In this document: piece after piece, positions 26,302 to 40,100 of the stretch | How the letters are laid out: each line of letters begins with the position of its first letter | How positions within the stretch are numbered: the first letter of the stretch is position 1 | Assembly (NCBI GenBank): GCA_964016885.1 | Contig: OZ024754.1 | Location: 10,602,001-10,666,000, forward strand | Reading direction: 5' to 3' | DNA: 64,000 bases | Origin: Eledone cirrhosa | Taxonomy: Eukaryota | Program-made: the position numbers and the translations under genes | The notes under the pieces: model-generated | The model's input: the letters and a program-made list of their open reading frames with translations, nothing else | Database searches by the model: none | Told to the model about the DNA's origin: nothing

Positions 26302-26900
26302 GGAGAGGGAGAGAGAGAGAGGGGGAGAGAGAGAGGGAGAGAGAGAAAGGCAGAGAGAGAGAGAGAGGGAGAGAGAGAGAGAGGCAGAGAGAGAGAGGCA
26401 GAGAGGGGGGTGCGCAGAGAGGGGGTGCGCAGAGAGGGGGGTGCGCAGAGAGGGGGGTGCGCAGAGAGGGGGGTGCGCAGAGAGGGTGGTGAGCAGAGAG
26501 GGTGGTGCAGAGAGAGAGGGTGCAGAGAGAGAGGGTGCAGAGAGAGAGGGGGGGTCAGACAGACAGGCAAACAGACAGAAGCAAAGAGGGAAGGAGGAGG
26601 GGCAGAGAGGCAGACAGAGAAAGAGAGACAGAGAGAGAGGTGGGAGAGGCAGGCAGGCATGTTTTTAAAGGGCAGAGAGGCAGGCAGAGAAAGAGAGAGA
26701 GGCAGACAGAAAAAGAGAGAGAGGCAGACAGAGAAAGAGAGAGAGGCAGAGAGAAGGGCAGACAGAGAGAGAGAGACAGAGAAACGGAGAGACAGAGAGA
26801 GAGACAGAGAAACAGGGAGAGACAGAAAGAGAGAGAGAAACAGAGAGAGAGAGAGACAGAGAGAGAGAGACAGAGAGAGAGAGACAGAGAGAGAGGCAGG
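26230..26900. repeat. (GA)n/GA-rich low-complexity tract with embedded gggggtgcgcagaga repeats
   Basis: Seen directly. Source of the Arg-Glu and Ser-Leu ORFs. Confidence 0.9.
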
Positions 26901-28074
26901 CATGTTTTTAAAGGAAGACTGAGTTTTCTAATCTAAAAGCATCATTTAAAGGCAACAGCTTTTATAAGTGATGATTCAATAAATAGAATAGACAAACAAG
27001 TAAGAGGAAAACTGAATGAAGAAATATTGATAGCAACTAAAGAATCTGTAGAGTTGTGAAGTTTTGATTTAAGTAAAACATGAATAATTACAAAAGTTGA
27101 TATTTGACAACTTATGTGAGAAAAGCAAATGCAATTATATGTAAAATTTTAGCAGTGTATGTTGAAACTTGTTTATTAGATATTCAATGCAAACTATTAA
27201 CGACATATTCTATTAAATTGATGGCTAAAATAACATTTCCTTTATCTGTTTCTCTTAATAAAATATTCTAAGAACATTTCCCATTCACTTAACTAGACCA
27301 TCATTTAACTAAGAAATAGCAGAGACAGTCAGATATAATGAAATTAAATGAAGAAAGTGACAAAAATATAAGCATATCTCTAATTCAACTACATCCCTTG
27401 ATTTATGCACTTATAATATGCAAATGCTATTTACATATAAAACATGTAGAAAACTATTTAACAGAAATCTGAAAACTAATTTAAAATAATTACTACAGGA
27501 ATCAATAAAGACTTCAATTGGCTAGTTTAAAATAACCATTCATTTGATTAAGCAGGGAATGTCAGTTATGACAAGTCATCTGACATATTAGCAGAACATC
27601 ATTTCAATAGTTTAGCTGGCTGTAGTTTGTAATGAAGCAAATGTGATATTATCACTATTATTTCTTCCCCTACAGCTATATAAAAAATAATAAAAACACA
27701 TGCAGACTTATTAATAAGCCATTTTGTAAAGGGAAACTCACTAAGAATCTGAAATAAAATATAGATTGCATGAAAATCCCTGCAGGCAAGTGTAAAAGTT
27801 TTATGAACTTTGATATCCAGCTATCAATAGTAAAAGCTTTTATAATTCATCCCAAATGCCCATCAGGTATTATTATTAACAGGCTGATGATGATGATAAT
27901 AATGATAATGATAATAATTAAATAACAAATGAAACTACAAAATAAGAGTGAACATGCTTGTAAAGTTATTTTCTCATAAAAATTGTATTATTACGTCTAT
28001 TTTTATATGAGCAAAACATCAGAGAAGTATTAGGATAAATTTAAAATGATAAAACCCTTTCCTAGTCTACAATT

Positions 28075-28160
28075 AGTTAGGCATAACTACTGACCAACAT
28101 AAATTGAGATGGTACGGCCATGTGACAAGATCTTCAGTATTTGCCAAGACTGTCCTGTAG
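28075..28160 (+). mobile_element. Left half of a decayed RTE LINE 3' fragment (KLRWYGHVTRSSVFAKTVL*)
   Basis: aaattgagatggtacggccatgtgacaagatcttcagtatttgccaagactgtcctgtag translates to the RTE LRWYGHVxR..LAKTxLQG motif. Confidence 0.8.
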
Positions 28161-31100
28161 GAGGGAGGAAGAGGGAGGGCTTGCCAAGACTGTCCTGTAG
28201 GAGGGAGGAAGAGAGGGGGCTTGCCAAGACTGTCCTGTAGGAGGGAGGAAGAGGGAGGGCTTGCCAAGACTGTCCTGTAGGAGGGAGGAAGAGAGGGGGC
28301 TTGCCAAGACTGTCCTGTAGGAGGGAGGAAGAGAGGGGGCTTGCCAAGACTGTCCTGTAGGAGGGAGGAAGAGAGGGGGCTTGCCAAGACTGTCCTGTAG
28401 GAGGGAGGAAGAGAGGGGGCTTGCCAAGACTGTCCTGTAGGAGGGAGGAAGAGGGAGGGCTTGCCAAGACTGTCCTGTAGGAGGGAGGAAGAGAGGGGGC
28501 TTGCCAAGACTGTCCTGTAGGAGGGAGGAAGAGGGAGGGCTTGCCAAGACTGTCCTGTAGGAGGGAGGAAGAGAGGGGGCTTGCCAAGACTGTCCTGTAG
28601 GAGGGAGGGAGAGGGAGGGCTTGCCAAGACTGTCCTGTAGGAGGGAGGAAGAGAGGGGGCTTGCCAAGACTGTTCTGTAGGAGGGAGGAAGAGAGGGGGC
28701 TTGCCAAGACTGTTCTGTAGGAGGGAGGAAGAGAGGGGGCTTGCCAAGACTGTCCTGTAGGAGGGAGGAAGAGAGGGGGCTTGCCAAGACTGTTCTGTAG
28801 GAGGGAGGAAGAGAGGGGGCTTGCCAAGACTGTCCTGTAGGAGGGAGGAAGAGAGGGGGCTTGCCAAGACTGTCCTGTAGGAGGGAGGAAGAGAGGGGGC
28901 TTGCCAAGACTGTCCTGTAGGGGGGAGGAAGAGAGGGGGCTTGCCAAGACTGTCCTGTAGGGGGGAGGAAGAGAGAGGGCTTGCCAAGACTGTCATGTAG
29001 GAGGGAGGAAGAGAGGGGGCTTGCCAAGACTGTTCTGTAGAAGGGAGGAAGAGAGGGGGCTTGCCAAGACTGTCCTGTAGGAGGAAGGAAGAGAGGGGGC
29101 TTGCCAAGACTGTTCTGTAGAAGGGAGGAAGAGAGGGGGCTTGCCAAGACTGTCCTGTAGGAGGGAGGAAGAGAGGGGGCTTGCCAAGACTGTCCTGTAG
29201 GAGGGAGGAAGAGAGGGGGCTTGCCAAGACTGTTCTGCAAGAGGGAGGAAGAGAGGGGGTTCGCCAAGACTGTTCTGTAAGAGGGAGGAAGAGAGGGGGC
29301 TTGCCAAGACTGTCCTGTAAGAGGGAGGAAGAGAGGGGGCTTGCCAAGACTGTCCTGTAGGAGGGAGGAAGAGAGGGGGCTTGCCTAGACTGTCCTGTAG
29401 GAGGGAGGAAGAGAGGGGGCTTGCCAAGACTGTCCTGTAAGAGGGAGGAAGAGAGGGGGCTTGCCTAGACTGTTCTGTAGGAGGAAGGAAGAGAGGGGGC
29501 TTGCCAAGACTGTCCTGTAGGAGGGAGGAAGAGAGGGGGTTGCCAAGACTGTCCTGTAAGAGGGAGGAAGAGAGGGGGTTGCCAAGACTGTTCTGTAGGA
29601 GGGAGGAAGAGAGGGGGCTTGCCAAGACTGTCCTGTAAGAGGGAGGAAGAGAGGGGGTTGCCAAGACTGTCCTGTAAGAGGGAGGAAGAGAGGGGGCTTG
29701 CCTAGACTGTTCTGTAGGAGGGAGGAAGAGAGGGGGTTGCCAAGACTGTTCTGTAGGAGGGAGGAAGAGGGAGGGCTTGCCAAGACTGTCCTGTAGGAGG
29801 GAGGAAGAGAGGGGGTTGCCAAGACTGTCCTGTAGGAGGGAGGAAGAGAGGGGGCTTGCCAAGACTGTCCTGTAGAAGGGAGGAAGAGAGGGGGTTCGCC
29901 AAGACTGTTCTGTAAGAGGGAGGAAGAGAGGGGGCTTGCCAAGACTGTTCTGTAGGAGGGAGGAAGAGAGGGGGTTGCCAAGACTGTTCTGTAGGAGGGA
30001 GGAAGAGAGGGGGCTTGCCAAGACTGTTCTGTAGGAGGGAGGAAGAGAGGGGGTTGCCAAGACTGTTCTGTAGGAGGGAGGAAGAGAGGGGGCTTGCCAA
30101 GACTGTCCTGTAGGAGGGAGGAAGAGGGAGGGCTTGCCAAGACTGTTCTGTAGGAGGGAGGAAGAGAGGGGGCTTGCCAAGACTGTTCTGTAGGAGGGAG
30201 GAAGAGAGGGGGCTTGCCAAGACTGTCCTGTAACAGGAAGGAAGAGAGGGGGCTTGCCAAGACTGTCCTGTAGGAGGGAGGAAGAGAGGGGGTTGCCAAG
30301 ACTGTTCTGTAGGAGGGAGGAAGAGAGGGGGCTTGCCAAGACTGTTCTGTAGGAGGGAGGAAGAGAGGGGGCTTGCCAAGACTGTCCTGTAGGAGGGAGG
30401 AAGAGAGGGGGCTTGCCAAGACTGTTCTGTAGGAGGGAGGAAGAGAGGGGGTTGACAAGACTGTTCTGTAGGAGGGAGGAAGAGAGGGGGCTTGCCAAGA
30501 CTGTCCTGTAGGAGGGAGGAAGAGAGGGGGCTTGCCAAGACTGTCCTGTAGGAGGGAGGAAGAGAGGGGGCTTGCCAAGACTGTCCTGTAGGAGGGAGGA
30601 AGTAGGGGGGGCTTGCCAAGACTGTTCTGTAGGAGGGAGGAAGAGAGGGGGCTTGCCAAGACTGTTCTGTAGGAGGGAGGAAGAGAGGGGGTTGCCAAGA
30701 CTGTTCTGTAGGAGGGAGGAAGAGAGGGGGCTTGCCAAGACTGTTCTGTAGGAGGGAGGAAGAGAGGGGGCTTGCCAAGACTGTCCTGTAGGAGGGAGGA
30801 AGAGAGGGGGCTTGCCAAGACTGTTCTGTAGGAGGGAGGAAGAGAGGGGCTTGCCAAGACTGTCCTGTAGGAGGGAGGAAGAGAGGGGGCTTGCCAAGAC
30901 TGTCCTGTAGGAGGGAGGAAGAGAGGGGGCTTGCCAAGACTGTCCTGTAGGAGGGAGGAAGAGAGGGGGCTTGCCAAGACTGTTCTGTAGGAGGGAGGAA
31001 GAGAGGGGGCTTGCCAAGACTGTCCTGTAGGAGGGAGGAAGAGGGAGGGCTTGCCAAGACTGTTCTGTAGGAGGGAGGAAGAGAGGGGGCTTGCCAAGAC

Positions 31101-34100
31101 TGTTCTGTAGGAGGGAGGAAGAGAGGGGGTTGCCAAGACTGTTCTGTAGGAGGGAGGAAGAGAGGGGGGTTGCCAAGACTGTTCTGTAGGAGGGAGGAAG
31201 AGAGGGGGCTTGCCAAGACTGTCCTGTAACAGGAAGGAAGAGAGGGGGCTTGCCAAGACTGTCCTGTAGGAGGGAGGAAGAGAGGGGGTTGCCAAGACTG
31301 TTCTGTAGGAGGGAGGAAGAGAGGGGGCTTGCCAAGACTGTTCTGTAGGAGGGAGGAAGAGAGGGGGTTGCCAAGACTGTTCTGTAGGAGGGAGGAAGAG
31401 AGGGGGTTGCCAAGACTGTTCTGTAGGAGGGAGGAAGAGAGGGGGCTTGCCAAGACTGTTCTGGTCAGAGGAGGAAGAGAGGGCGTGCCAAGACTGTTCT
31501 TGTAGGAGGGAGGAAGAGAGGGGGTTGCCAAGACTGTTCTGTAGGAGGGAGGAAGAGAGGGGGCTTGCCAAGACTGTTCTGTAGGAGGGAGGAAGAGAGG
31601 GGGTTGCCAAGACTGTTCTGTAGGAGGGAGGAAGAGAGGGGGTTGCCAAGACTGTTCTGTAGGAGGGAGGAAGAGAGGGGGCTTGCCAAGACTGTTCTGT
31701 AGGAGGGAGGAAGAGAGGGGGTTGCCAAGACTGTTCTGTAGGAGGGAGGAAGAGAGGGGGGCTTGCCAAGACTGTTCTGTAGGAGGGAGGAAGAGAGGGG
31801 GCTTGCCAAGACTGTTCTGTAGGAGGGAGGAAGAGAGGGGGCTTGCCAAGACTGTCCTGTAAGAGGGAGGAAGAGAGGGGGCTTGCCAAGACTGTCCTGT
31901 AGGAGGGAGGAAGAGAGGGGGTTGCCAAGACTGTCCTGTAGGAGGGAGGAAGAGGGAGGGCTTGCCAAGACTGTCCTGTAGGAGGGAGGAAGAGAGGGGG
32001 TTGCCAAGACTGTCCTGTAGGAGGGAGGAAGAGAGGGGGTTGCCAAGACTGTCCTGTAGGAGGGAGGAAGAGGGAGGGCTTGCCAAGACTGTCCTGTAGG
32101 AGGGAGGAAGAGGGAGGGCTTGCCAAGACTGTCCTGTAGGAGGGAGGAAGAGGGAGGGCTTGCCAAGACTGTCCTGTAGGAGGGAGGAAGAGAGGGGGTT
32201 GCCAAGACTGTCCTGTAGGAGGGAGGAAGAGAGGGGGCTTGCCAAGACTGTCCTGTAGGAGGGAGGAAGAGGGAGGGCTTGCCAAGACTGTCCTGTAGGA
32301 GGGAGGAAGAGAGGGGGTTGCCAAGACTGTTCTGTAGGAGGGAGGAAGAGAGGGGGCTTGCCAAGACTGTTCTGTAGGAGGGAGGAAGAGAGGGGGCTTG
32401 CCAAGACTGTCCTGTAAGAGGGAGGAAGAGAGGGGGCTTGCCAAGACTGTCCTGTAGGAGGGAGGAAGAGAGGGGGTTGCCAAGACTGTCCTGTAGGAGG
32501 GAGGAAGAGGGAGGGCTTGCCAAGACTGTCCTGTAGGAGGGAGGAAGAGAGGGGGTTGCCAAGACTGTCCTGTAGGAGGGAGGAAGAGAGGGGGTTGCCA
32601 AGACTGTCCTGTAGGAGGGAGGAAGAGGGAGGGCTTGCCAAGACTGTCCTGTAGGAGGGAGGAAGAGAGGGGGCTTGCCAAGACTGTCCTGTAGGAGGGA
32701 GGAAGAGAGGGGGCTTGCCAAGACTGTTCTGTAGGAGGGAGGAAGAGAGGGGCTTGCCAAGACTGTCCTGTAGGAGGGAGGAAGAGAGGGGGCTTGCCAA
32801 GACTGTCCTGTAGGAGGGAGGAAGAGAGGGGGCTTGCCAAGACTGTCCTGTAGGAGGGAGGAAGAGAGGGGGCTTGCCAAGACTGTTCTGTAGGAGGGAG
32901 GAAGAGAGGGGGCTTGCCAAGACTGTCCTGTAGGAGGGAGGAAGAGGGAGGGCTTGCCAAGACTGTTCTGTAGGAGGGAGGAAGAGAGGGGGCTTGCCAA
33001 GACTGTTCTGTAGGAGGGAGGAAGAGAGGGGGTTGCCAAGACTGTTCTGTAGGAGGGAGGAAGAGAGGGGGTTGCCAAGACTGTTCTGTAGGAGGGAGGA
33101 AGAGAGGGGGCTTGCCAAGACTGTCCTGTAACAGGAAGGAAGAGAGGGGGCTTGCCAAGACTGTCCTGTAGGAGGGAGGAAGAGAGGGGGCTTGCCAAGA
33201 CTGTTCTGTAGGAGGGAGGAAGAGAGGGGGTTGCCAAGACTGTTCTGTAGGAGGGAGGAAGAGAGGGGGCTTGCCAAGACTGTTCTGTAGGAGGGAGGAA
33301 GAGAGGGGGTTGCCAAGACTGTTCTGTAGGAGGGAGGAAGAGAGGGGGTTGCCAAGACTGTTCTGTAGGAGGGAGGAAGAGAGGGGGCTTGCCAAGACTG
33401 TTCTGTAGGAGGGAGGAAGAGAGGGGGTTGCCAAGACTGTTCTGTAGGAGGGAGGAAGAGAGGGGGCTTGCCAAGACTGTTCTGTAGGAGGGAGGAAGAG
33501 AGGGGGTTGCCAAGACTGTTCTGTAGGAGGGAGGAAGAGAGGGGGCTTGCCAAGACTGTTCTGTAGGAGGGAGGAAGAGAGGGGGTTGCCAAGACTGTTC
33601 TGTAGGAGGGAGGAAGAGAGGGGGTTGCCAAGACTGTTCTGTAGGAGGGAGGAAGAGAGGGGGCTTGCCAAGACTGTTCTGTAGGAGGGAGGAAGAGAGG
33701 GGGTTGCCAAGACTGTTCTGTAGGAGGGAGGAAGAGAGGGGGCTTGCCAAGACTGTTCTGTAGGAGGGAGGAAGAGAGGGGGCTTGCCAAGACTGTTCTG
33801 TAGGAGGGAGGAAGAGAGGGGGCTTGCCAAGACTGTCCTGTAAGAGGGAGGAAGAGAGGGGGCTTGCCAAGACTGTCCTGTAGGAGGGAGGAAGAGAGGG
33901 GGTTGCCAAGACTGTCCTGTAGGAGGGAGGAAGAGGGAGGGCTTGCCAAGACTGTCCTGTAGGAGGGAGGAAGAGAGGGGGTTGCCAAGACTGTCCTGTA
34001 GGAGGGAGGAAGAGAGGGGGTTGCCAAGACTGTCCTGTAGGAGGGAGGAAGAGGGAGGGCTTGCCAAGACTGTCCTGTAGGAGGGAGGAAGAGGGAGGGC

Positions 34101-37100
34101 TTGCCAAGACTGTCCTGTAGGAGGGAGGAAGAGGGAGGGCTTGCCAAGACTGTCCTGTAGGAGGGAAGAAGAGAGGGGGTTGCCAAGACTGTCCTGTAGG
34201 AGGGAGGAAGAGAGGGGGCTTGCCAAGACTGTCCTGTAGGAGGGAGGAAGAGGGAGGGCTTGCCAAGACTGTCCTGTAGGAGGGAGGAAGAGAGGGGGTT
34301 GCCAAGACTGTTCTGTAGGAGGGAGGAAGAGAGGGGGCTTGCCAAGACTGTTCTGTAGGAGGGAGGAAGAGAGGGGGCTTGCCAAGACTGTCCTGTAAGA
34401 GGGAGGAAGAGAGGGGGCTTGCCAAGACTGTCCTGTAGGAGGGAGGAAGAGAGGGGGTTGCCAAGACTGTCCTGTAGGAGGGAGGAAGAGAGGGGGTTGC
34501 CAAGACTGTCCTGTAGGAGGGAGGAAGAGGGAGGGCTTGCCAAGACTGTCCTGTAGGAGGGAGGAAGAGAGGGGGTTGCCAAGACTGTCCTGTAGGAGGG
34601 AGGAAGAGAGGGGGTTGCCAAGACTGTCCTGTAGGAGGGAGGAAGAGGGAGGGCTTGCCAAGACTGTCCTGTAGGAGGGAGGAAGAGAGGGGGTTGCCAA
34701 GACTGTTCTGTAGGAGGGAGGAAGAGAGGGGGCTTGCCAAGACTGTCCTGTAGGAGGGAGGAAGAGAGGGGGCTTGCCAAGACTGTCCTGTAGGAGGGAG
34801 GAAGAGAGGGGGCTTGCCAAGACTGTCCTGTAAGAGGGAGGAAGAGAGGGGGCTTGCCAAGACTGTCCTGTAGGAGGGAGGAAGAGAGGGGGTTGCCAAG
34901 ACTGTTCTGTAGGAGGGAGGAAGAGAGGGGGCTTGCCAAGACTGTCCTGTAGGAGGGAGGAAGAGAGGGGGCTTGCCAAGACTGTCCTGTAGGAGGGAGG
35001 AAGAGAGGGGGTTGCCAAGACTGTTCTGTAGGAGGGAGGAAGAGAGGGGGCTTGCCAAGACTGTCCTGTAGGAGGGAGGAAGAGAGGGGGCTTGCCAAGA
35101 CTGTCCTGTAGGAGGGAGGAAGAGAGGGGGCTTGCCAAGACTGTTCTGTAGGAGGGAGGAAGAGAGGGGGCTTGCCAAGACTGTCCTGTAGGAGGGAGGA
35201 AGAGAGGGGGTTGCCAAGACTGTCCTGTAGGAGGGAGGAAGAGAGGGGGTTGCCAAGACTGTCCTGTAGGAGGGAGGAAGAGGGAGGGCTTGCCAAAACT
35301 GTCCTGTAGGAGGGAGGAAGAGAGGGGGTTGCCAAGACTGTTCTGTAGGAGGGAGGAAGAGAGGGGGTTGCCAAGACTGTTCTGTAGGAGGGAGGAAGAG
35401 AGGGGGCTTGCCAAGACTGTCCTGTAAGAGGGAGGAAGAGAGGGGGCTTGCCAAGACTGTTCTGTAGGAGGGAGGAAGAGAGGGGGCTTGCCAAGACTGT
35501 CCTGTAACAGGGAGGAAGAGAGGGGGCTTGCCAAGACTGTTCTGTAGGAGGGAGGAAGAGAGGGGGTTGCCAAGACTGTTCTGTAGGAGGGAGGAAGAGA
35601 GGGGGCTTGCCAAGACTGTTCTGTAGGAGGGAGGAAGAGAGGGGGCTTGCCAAGACTGTCCTGTAGGAGGGAGGAAGAGAGGGGGCTTGCCAAGACTGTC
35701 CTGTAGGAGGGAGGAAGAGAGGGGGTTGCCAAGACTGTTCTGTAGGAGGGAGGAAGAGAGGGGGCTTGCCAAGACTGTCCTGTAGGAGGGAGGAAGAGAG
35801 GGGGCTTGCCAAGACTGTCCTGTAGGAGGGAGGAAGAGAGGGGGTTGCCAAGACTGTTCTGTAGGAGGGAGGAAGAGAGGGGGCTTGCCAAGACTGTCCT
35901 GTAGGAGGGAGGAAGAGAGGGGGCTTGCCAAGACTGTCCTGTAGGAGGGAGGAAGAGAGGGGGCTTGCCAAGACTGTTCTGTAGGAGGGAGGAAGAGAGC
36001 GGGCTTGCCAAGACTGTTCTGTAGGAGGGAGGAAGAGAGGGGGCTTGCCAAGACTGTTCTGTAGGAGGGAGGAAGAGAGGGGGCTTGCCAAGACTGTTCT
36101 GTAGGAGGGAGGAAGAGAGGGGGCTTGCCAAGACTGTTCTGTAGGAGGGAGGAAGAGAGGGGGCTTGCCAAGACTGTTCTGTAGGAGGGAGGAAGAGAGG
36201 GGGCTTGCCAAGACTGTTCTGTAGGAGGGAGGAAGAGAGGGGGCTTGCCAAGACTGTTCTGTAGGAGGGAGGAAGAGAGGGGGCTTGCCAAGACTGTTCT
36301 GTAGGAGGGAGGAAGAGAGGGGGCTTGCCAAGACTGTTCTGTAGGAGGGAGGAAGAGAGGGGGCTTGCCAAGACTGTTCTGTAGGAGGGAGGAAGAGAGG
36401 GGGCTTGCCAAGACTGTTCTGTAGGAGGGAGGAAGAGAGGGGGCTTGCCAAGACTGTCCTGTAGGAGGGAGGAAGAGAGGGGGCTTGCCAAGACTGTTCT
36501 GTAGGAGGGAGGAAGAGAGGGGGCTTGCCAAGACTGTCCTGTAACAGGAAGGAAGAGAGGGGGCTTGCCAAGACTGTTCTGTAGGAGGGAGGAAGAGAGG
36601 GGGTTGCCAAGACTGTTCTGTAGGAGGGAGGAAGAGAGGGGGCTTGCCAAGACTGTCCTGTAGGAGGGAGGAAGAGAGGGGGCTTGCCAAGACTGTCCTG
36701 TAGGAGGGAGGAAGAGAGGGGGCTTGCCAAGACTGTTCTGTAGGAGGGAGGAAGAGAGCGGGCTTGCCAAGACTGTTCTGTAGGAGGGAGGAAGAGAGGG
36801 GGCTTGCCAAGACTGTTCTGTAGGAGGGAGGAAGAGAGGGGGCTTGCCAAGACTGTTCTGTAGGAGGGAGGAAGAGAGGGGGCTTGCCAAGACTGTTCTG
36901 TAGGAGGGAGGAAGAGAGGGGGCTTGCCAAGACTGTCCTGTAGGAGGGAGGAAGAGAGGGGGCTTGCCAAGACTGTCCTGTAGGAGGGAGGAAGAGAGGG
37001 GGCTTGCCAAGACTGTCCTGTAGGAGGGAGGAAGAGAGGGGGCTTGCCAAGACTGTCCTGTAGGAGGGAGGAAGAGAGGGGGCTTGCCAAGACTGTCCTG

Positions 37101-40100
37101 TAGGAGGGAGGAAGAGAGGGGGCTTGCCAAGACTGTCCTGTAGGAGGGAGGAAGAGAGGGGGCTTGCCAAGACTGTTCTGTAGGAGGGAGGAAGAGAGGG
37201 GGCTTGCCAAGACTGTTCTGTAGGAGGGAGGAAGAGAGGGGGCTTGCCAAGACTGTTCTGTAGGAGGGAGGAAGAGAGGGAGCTTGCCAAGACTGTTCTG
37301 TAGGAGGGAGGAAGAGAGGGGGCTTGCCAAGACTGTCCTGTAAGAGGGAGGAAGAGAGGGGGCTTGCCAAGACTGTCCTGTAGGAGGGAGGAAGAGAGGG
37401 GGTTGCCAAGACTGTCCTGTAGGAGGGAGGAAGAGGGAGGGCTTGCCAAGACTGTCCTGTAGGAGGGAGGAAGAGAGGGGGCTTGCCAAGACTGTTCTGT
37501 AAGAGGGAGGAAGAGGGAGGGCTTGCCAAGACTGTCCTGTAGGAGGGAGGAAGAGGGAGGGCTTGCCAAGACTGTCCTGTAGGAGGGAGGAAGAGGGAGG
37601 GCTTGCCAAGACTGTCCTGTAGGAGGGAGGAAGAGGGAGGGCTTGCCAAGACTGTCCTGTAGGAGGGAGGAAGAGGGAGGGCTTGCCAAGACTGTCCTGT
37701 AGGAGGGAGGAAGAGAGGGGGTTGCCAAGACTGTCCTGTAGGAGGGAGGAAGAGAGGGGGCTTGCCAAGACTGTTCTGTAAGAGGGAGGAAGAGGGAGGG
37801 CTTGCCAAGACTGTCCTGTAGGAGGGAGGAAGAGGGAGGGCTTGCCAAGACTGTCCTGTAGGAGGGAGGAAGAGGGAGGGCTTGCCAAGACTGTCCTGTA
37901 GGAGGGAGGAAGAGAGGGGGTTGCCAAGACTGTCCTGTAGGAGGGAGGAAGAGGGAGGGCTTGCCAAGACTGTCCTGTAGGAGGGAGGAAGAGAGGGGGC
38001 TTGCCAAGACTGTTCTGTAAGAGGGAGGAAGAGGGAGGGCTTGCCAAGACTGTCCTGTAGGAGGGAGGAAGAGGGAGGGCTTGCCAAGACTGTCCTGTAG
38101 GAGGGAGGAAGAGGGAGGGCTTGCCAAGACTGTCCTGTAGGAGGGAGGAAGAGAGGGGGTTTGCCAAGACTGTTCTGTAAGAGGGAGGAAGAGGGAGGGC
38201 TTGCCAAGACTGTCCTGTAGGAGGGAGGAAGAGAGGGGGTTGCCAAGACTGTTCTGTAAGAGGGAGGAAGAGAGGGGGCTTGCCAAGACTGTTCTGTAAG
38301 AGGGAGGAAGAGAGGGGGCTTGCCAAGACTGTCCTGTAGGAGGGAGGAAGAGAGGGGGCTTGCCAAGACTGTCCTGTAGGAGGGAGGAAGAGAGGGTCTT
38401 GCCAAGACTGTCCTGTAGGAGGGAGGAAGAGAGGGGGCTTGCCAAGACTGTCCTGTAGGAGGGAGGAAGAGGGAGGGCTTGCCAAGACTGTCCTGTAGGA
38501 GGGAGGAAGTAGGGGGGGGGGCTTGCCAAGACTGTCCTGTAGGAGGGAGGAAGTAGGGGGGGGCTTGCCAAGACTGTCCTGTAGGAGGGAGGAAGTAGGG
38601 GGGGGGGCTTGCCAAGACTGTCCCGTAGGAGGGAGGAAGTAGGGGGGGCTTGTCAAGACTGTCCTGTAGGAGGGAGGAAGTAGGGGGGGGGGGGCTTGCC
38701 AAGACTGTCCTGTAGGAGGGAGGAAGTAGGGGGGGGGCTTGCCAAGACTGTCCTGTAGGAGGGAGGAAGTAGGGGGGGGGGGCTTGCCAAGACTGTCCTG
38801 TAGGAGGGAGGAAGTAGGGGGGGGGGCTTGCCAAGACTGTCCTGTAGGAGGGAGGAAGTAGGGGGGGGCTTGCCAAGACTGTCCTGTAGGAGGGAGGAAG
38901 AGGGAGGGCTTGCCAAGACTGTCCTGTAGGAGGGAGGAAGAGAGGGGGCTTGCCAAGACTGTCCTGTAGGAGGGAGGAAGAGAGGGGGCTTGCCAAGACT
39001 GTCCTGTAGGAGGGAGGAAGAGGGAGGGCTTGCCAAGACTGTCCTGTAGGAGGGAGGAAGTAGGGGGGGCTTGCCAAGACTGTCCTGTAGGAGGGAGGAA
39101 GAGGGAGGGCTTGCCAAGACTGTCCTGTAGGAGGGAGGAAGAGAGGGGGCTTGCCAAGACTGTCCTGTAGGAGGGAGGAAGAGAGGGGGCTTTCCAAGAC
39201 TGTCCTGTAGGAGGGAGGAAGAGAGGGGGCTTGCCAAGACTGTCCTGTAGGAGGGAGGAAGAGAGGGGGCTTGCCAAGACTGTCCTGTAGGAGGGAGGAA
39301 GAGAGGGGGCTTGCCAAGACTGTCCTGTAGGAGGGAGGAAGAGGGAGGGCTTGCCAAGACTGTCCTGTAGGAGGGAGGAAGAGAGGGGGCTTGCCAAGAC
39401 TGTCCTGTAGGAGGGAGGAAGAGAGGGGGCTTGCCAAGACTGTCCTGTAGGAGGGAGGAAGAGAGGTGGCTTGCCAAGACTGTCCTGTAGGAGGGAGGAA
39501 GGGAGGGGGCTTGCCAAGACTGTCCTGTAGGAGGGAGGAAGAGAGGGGGCTTGCCAAGACTGTTCTGTAGGAGGGAGGAAGAGGGAGGGCTTGCCAAGAC
39601 TGTCCTGTAGGAGGGAGGAAGAGAGGGGGCTTGCCAAGACTGTCCTGTAGGAGGGAGGAAGAGAGGTGGCTTGCCAAGACTGTCCTGTAGGAGGGAGGAA
39701 GAGAGGGGGCTTGCCAAGACTGTCCTGTAGGAGGGAGGAAGAGAGGGGGCTTGCCAAGACTGTCCTGTAGGAGGGAGGAAGGAAGGGGGCTTGCCAAGAC
39801 TGTCCTGTAGGAGGGAGGAAGAGAGGGGGCTTGCCAAGACTGTTCTGTAGGAGGGAGGAAGAGGGAGGGCTTGCCAAGACTGTCCTGTAGGAGGGAGGAA
39901 GAGAGGGGGCTTGCCAAGACTGTCCTGTAGGAGGGAGGAAGTAGGGGGGGCTTGCCAAGACTGTCCTGTAGGAGGGAGGAAGAGGGAGGGCTTGCCAAGA
40001 CTGTCCTGTAGGAGGGAGGAAGAGAGGGGGCTTGCCAAGACTGTTCTGTAGGGGGGAGGAAGAGGGAGTGCTTGCCAAGACTGTCCTGTAGGAGGGAGGA

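Noticed and set aside
31455-31505. Aberrant unit in the array as a possible insertion or boundary
   Set aside because: It is a single garbled monomer with several indels, most simply a consensus error or local mutation. It cannot be interpreted without reads.
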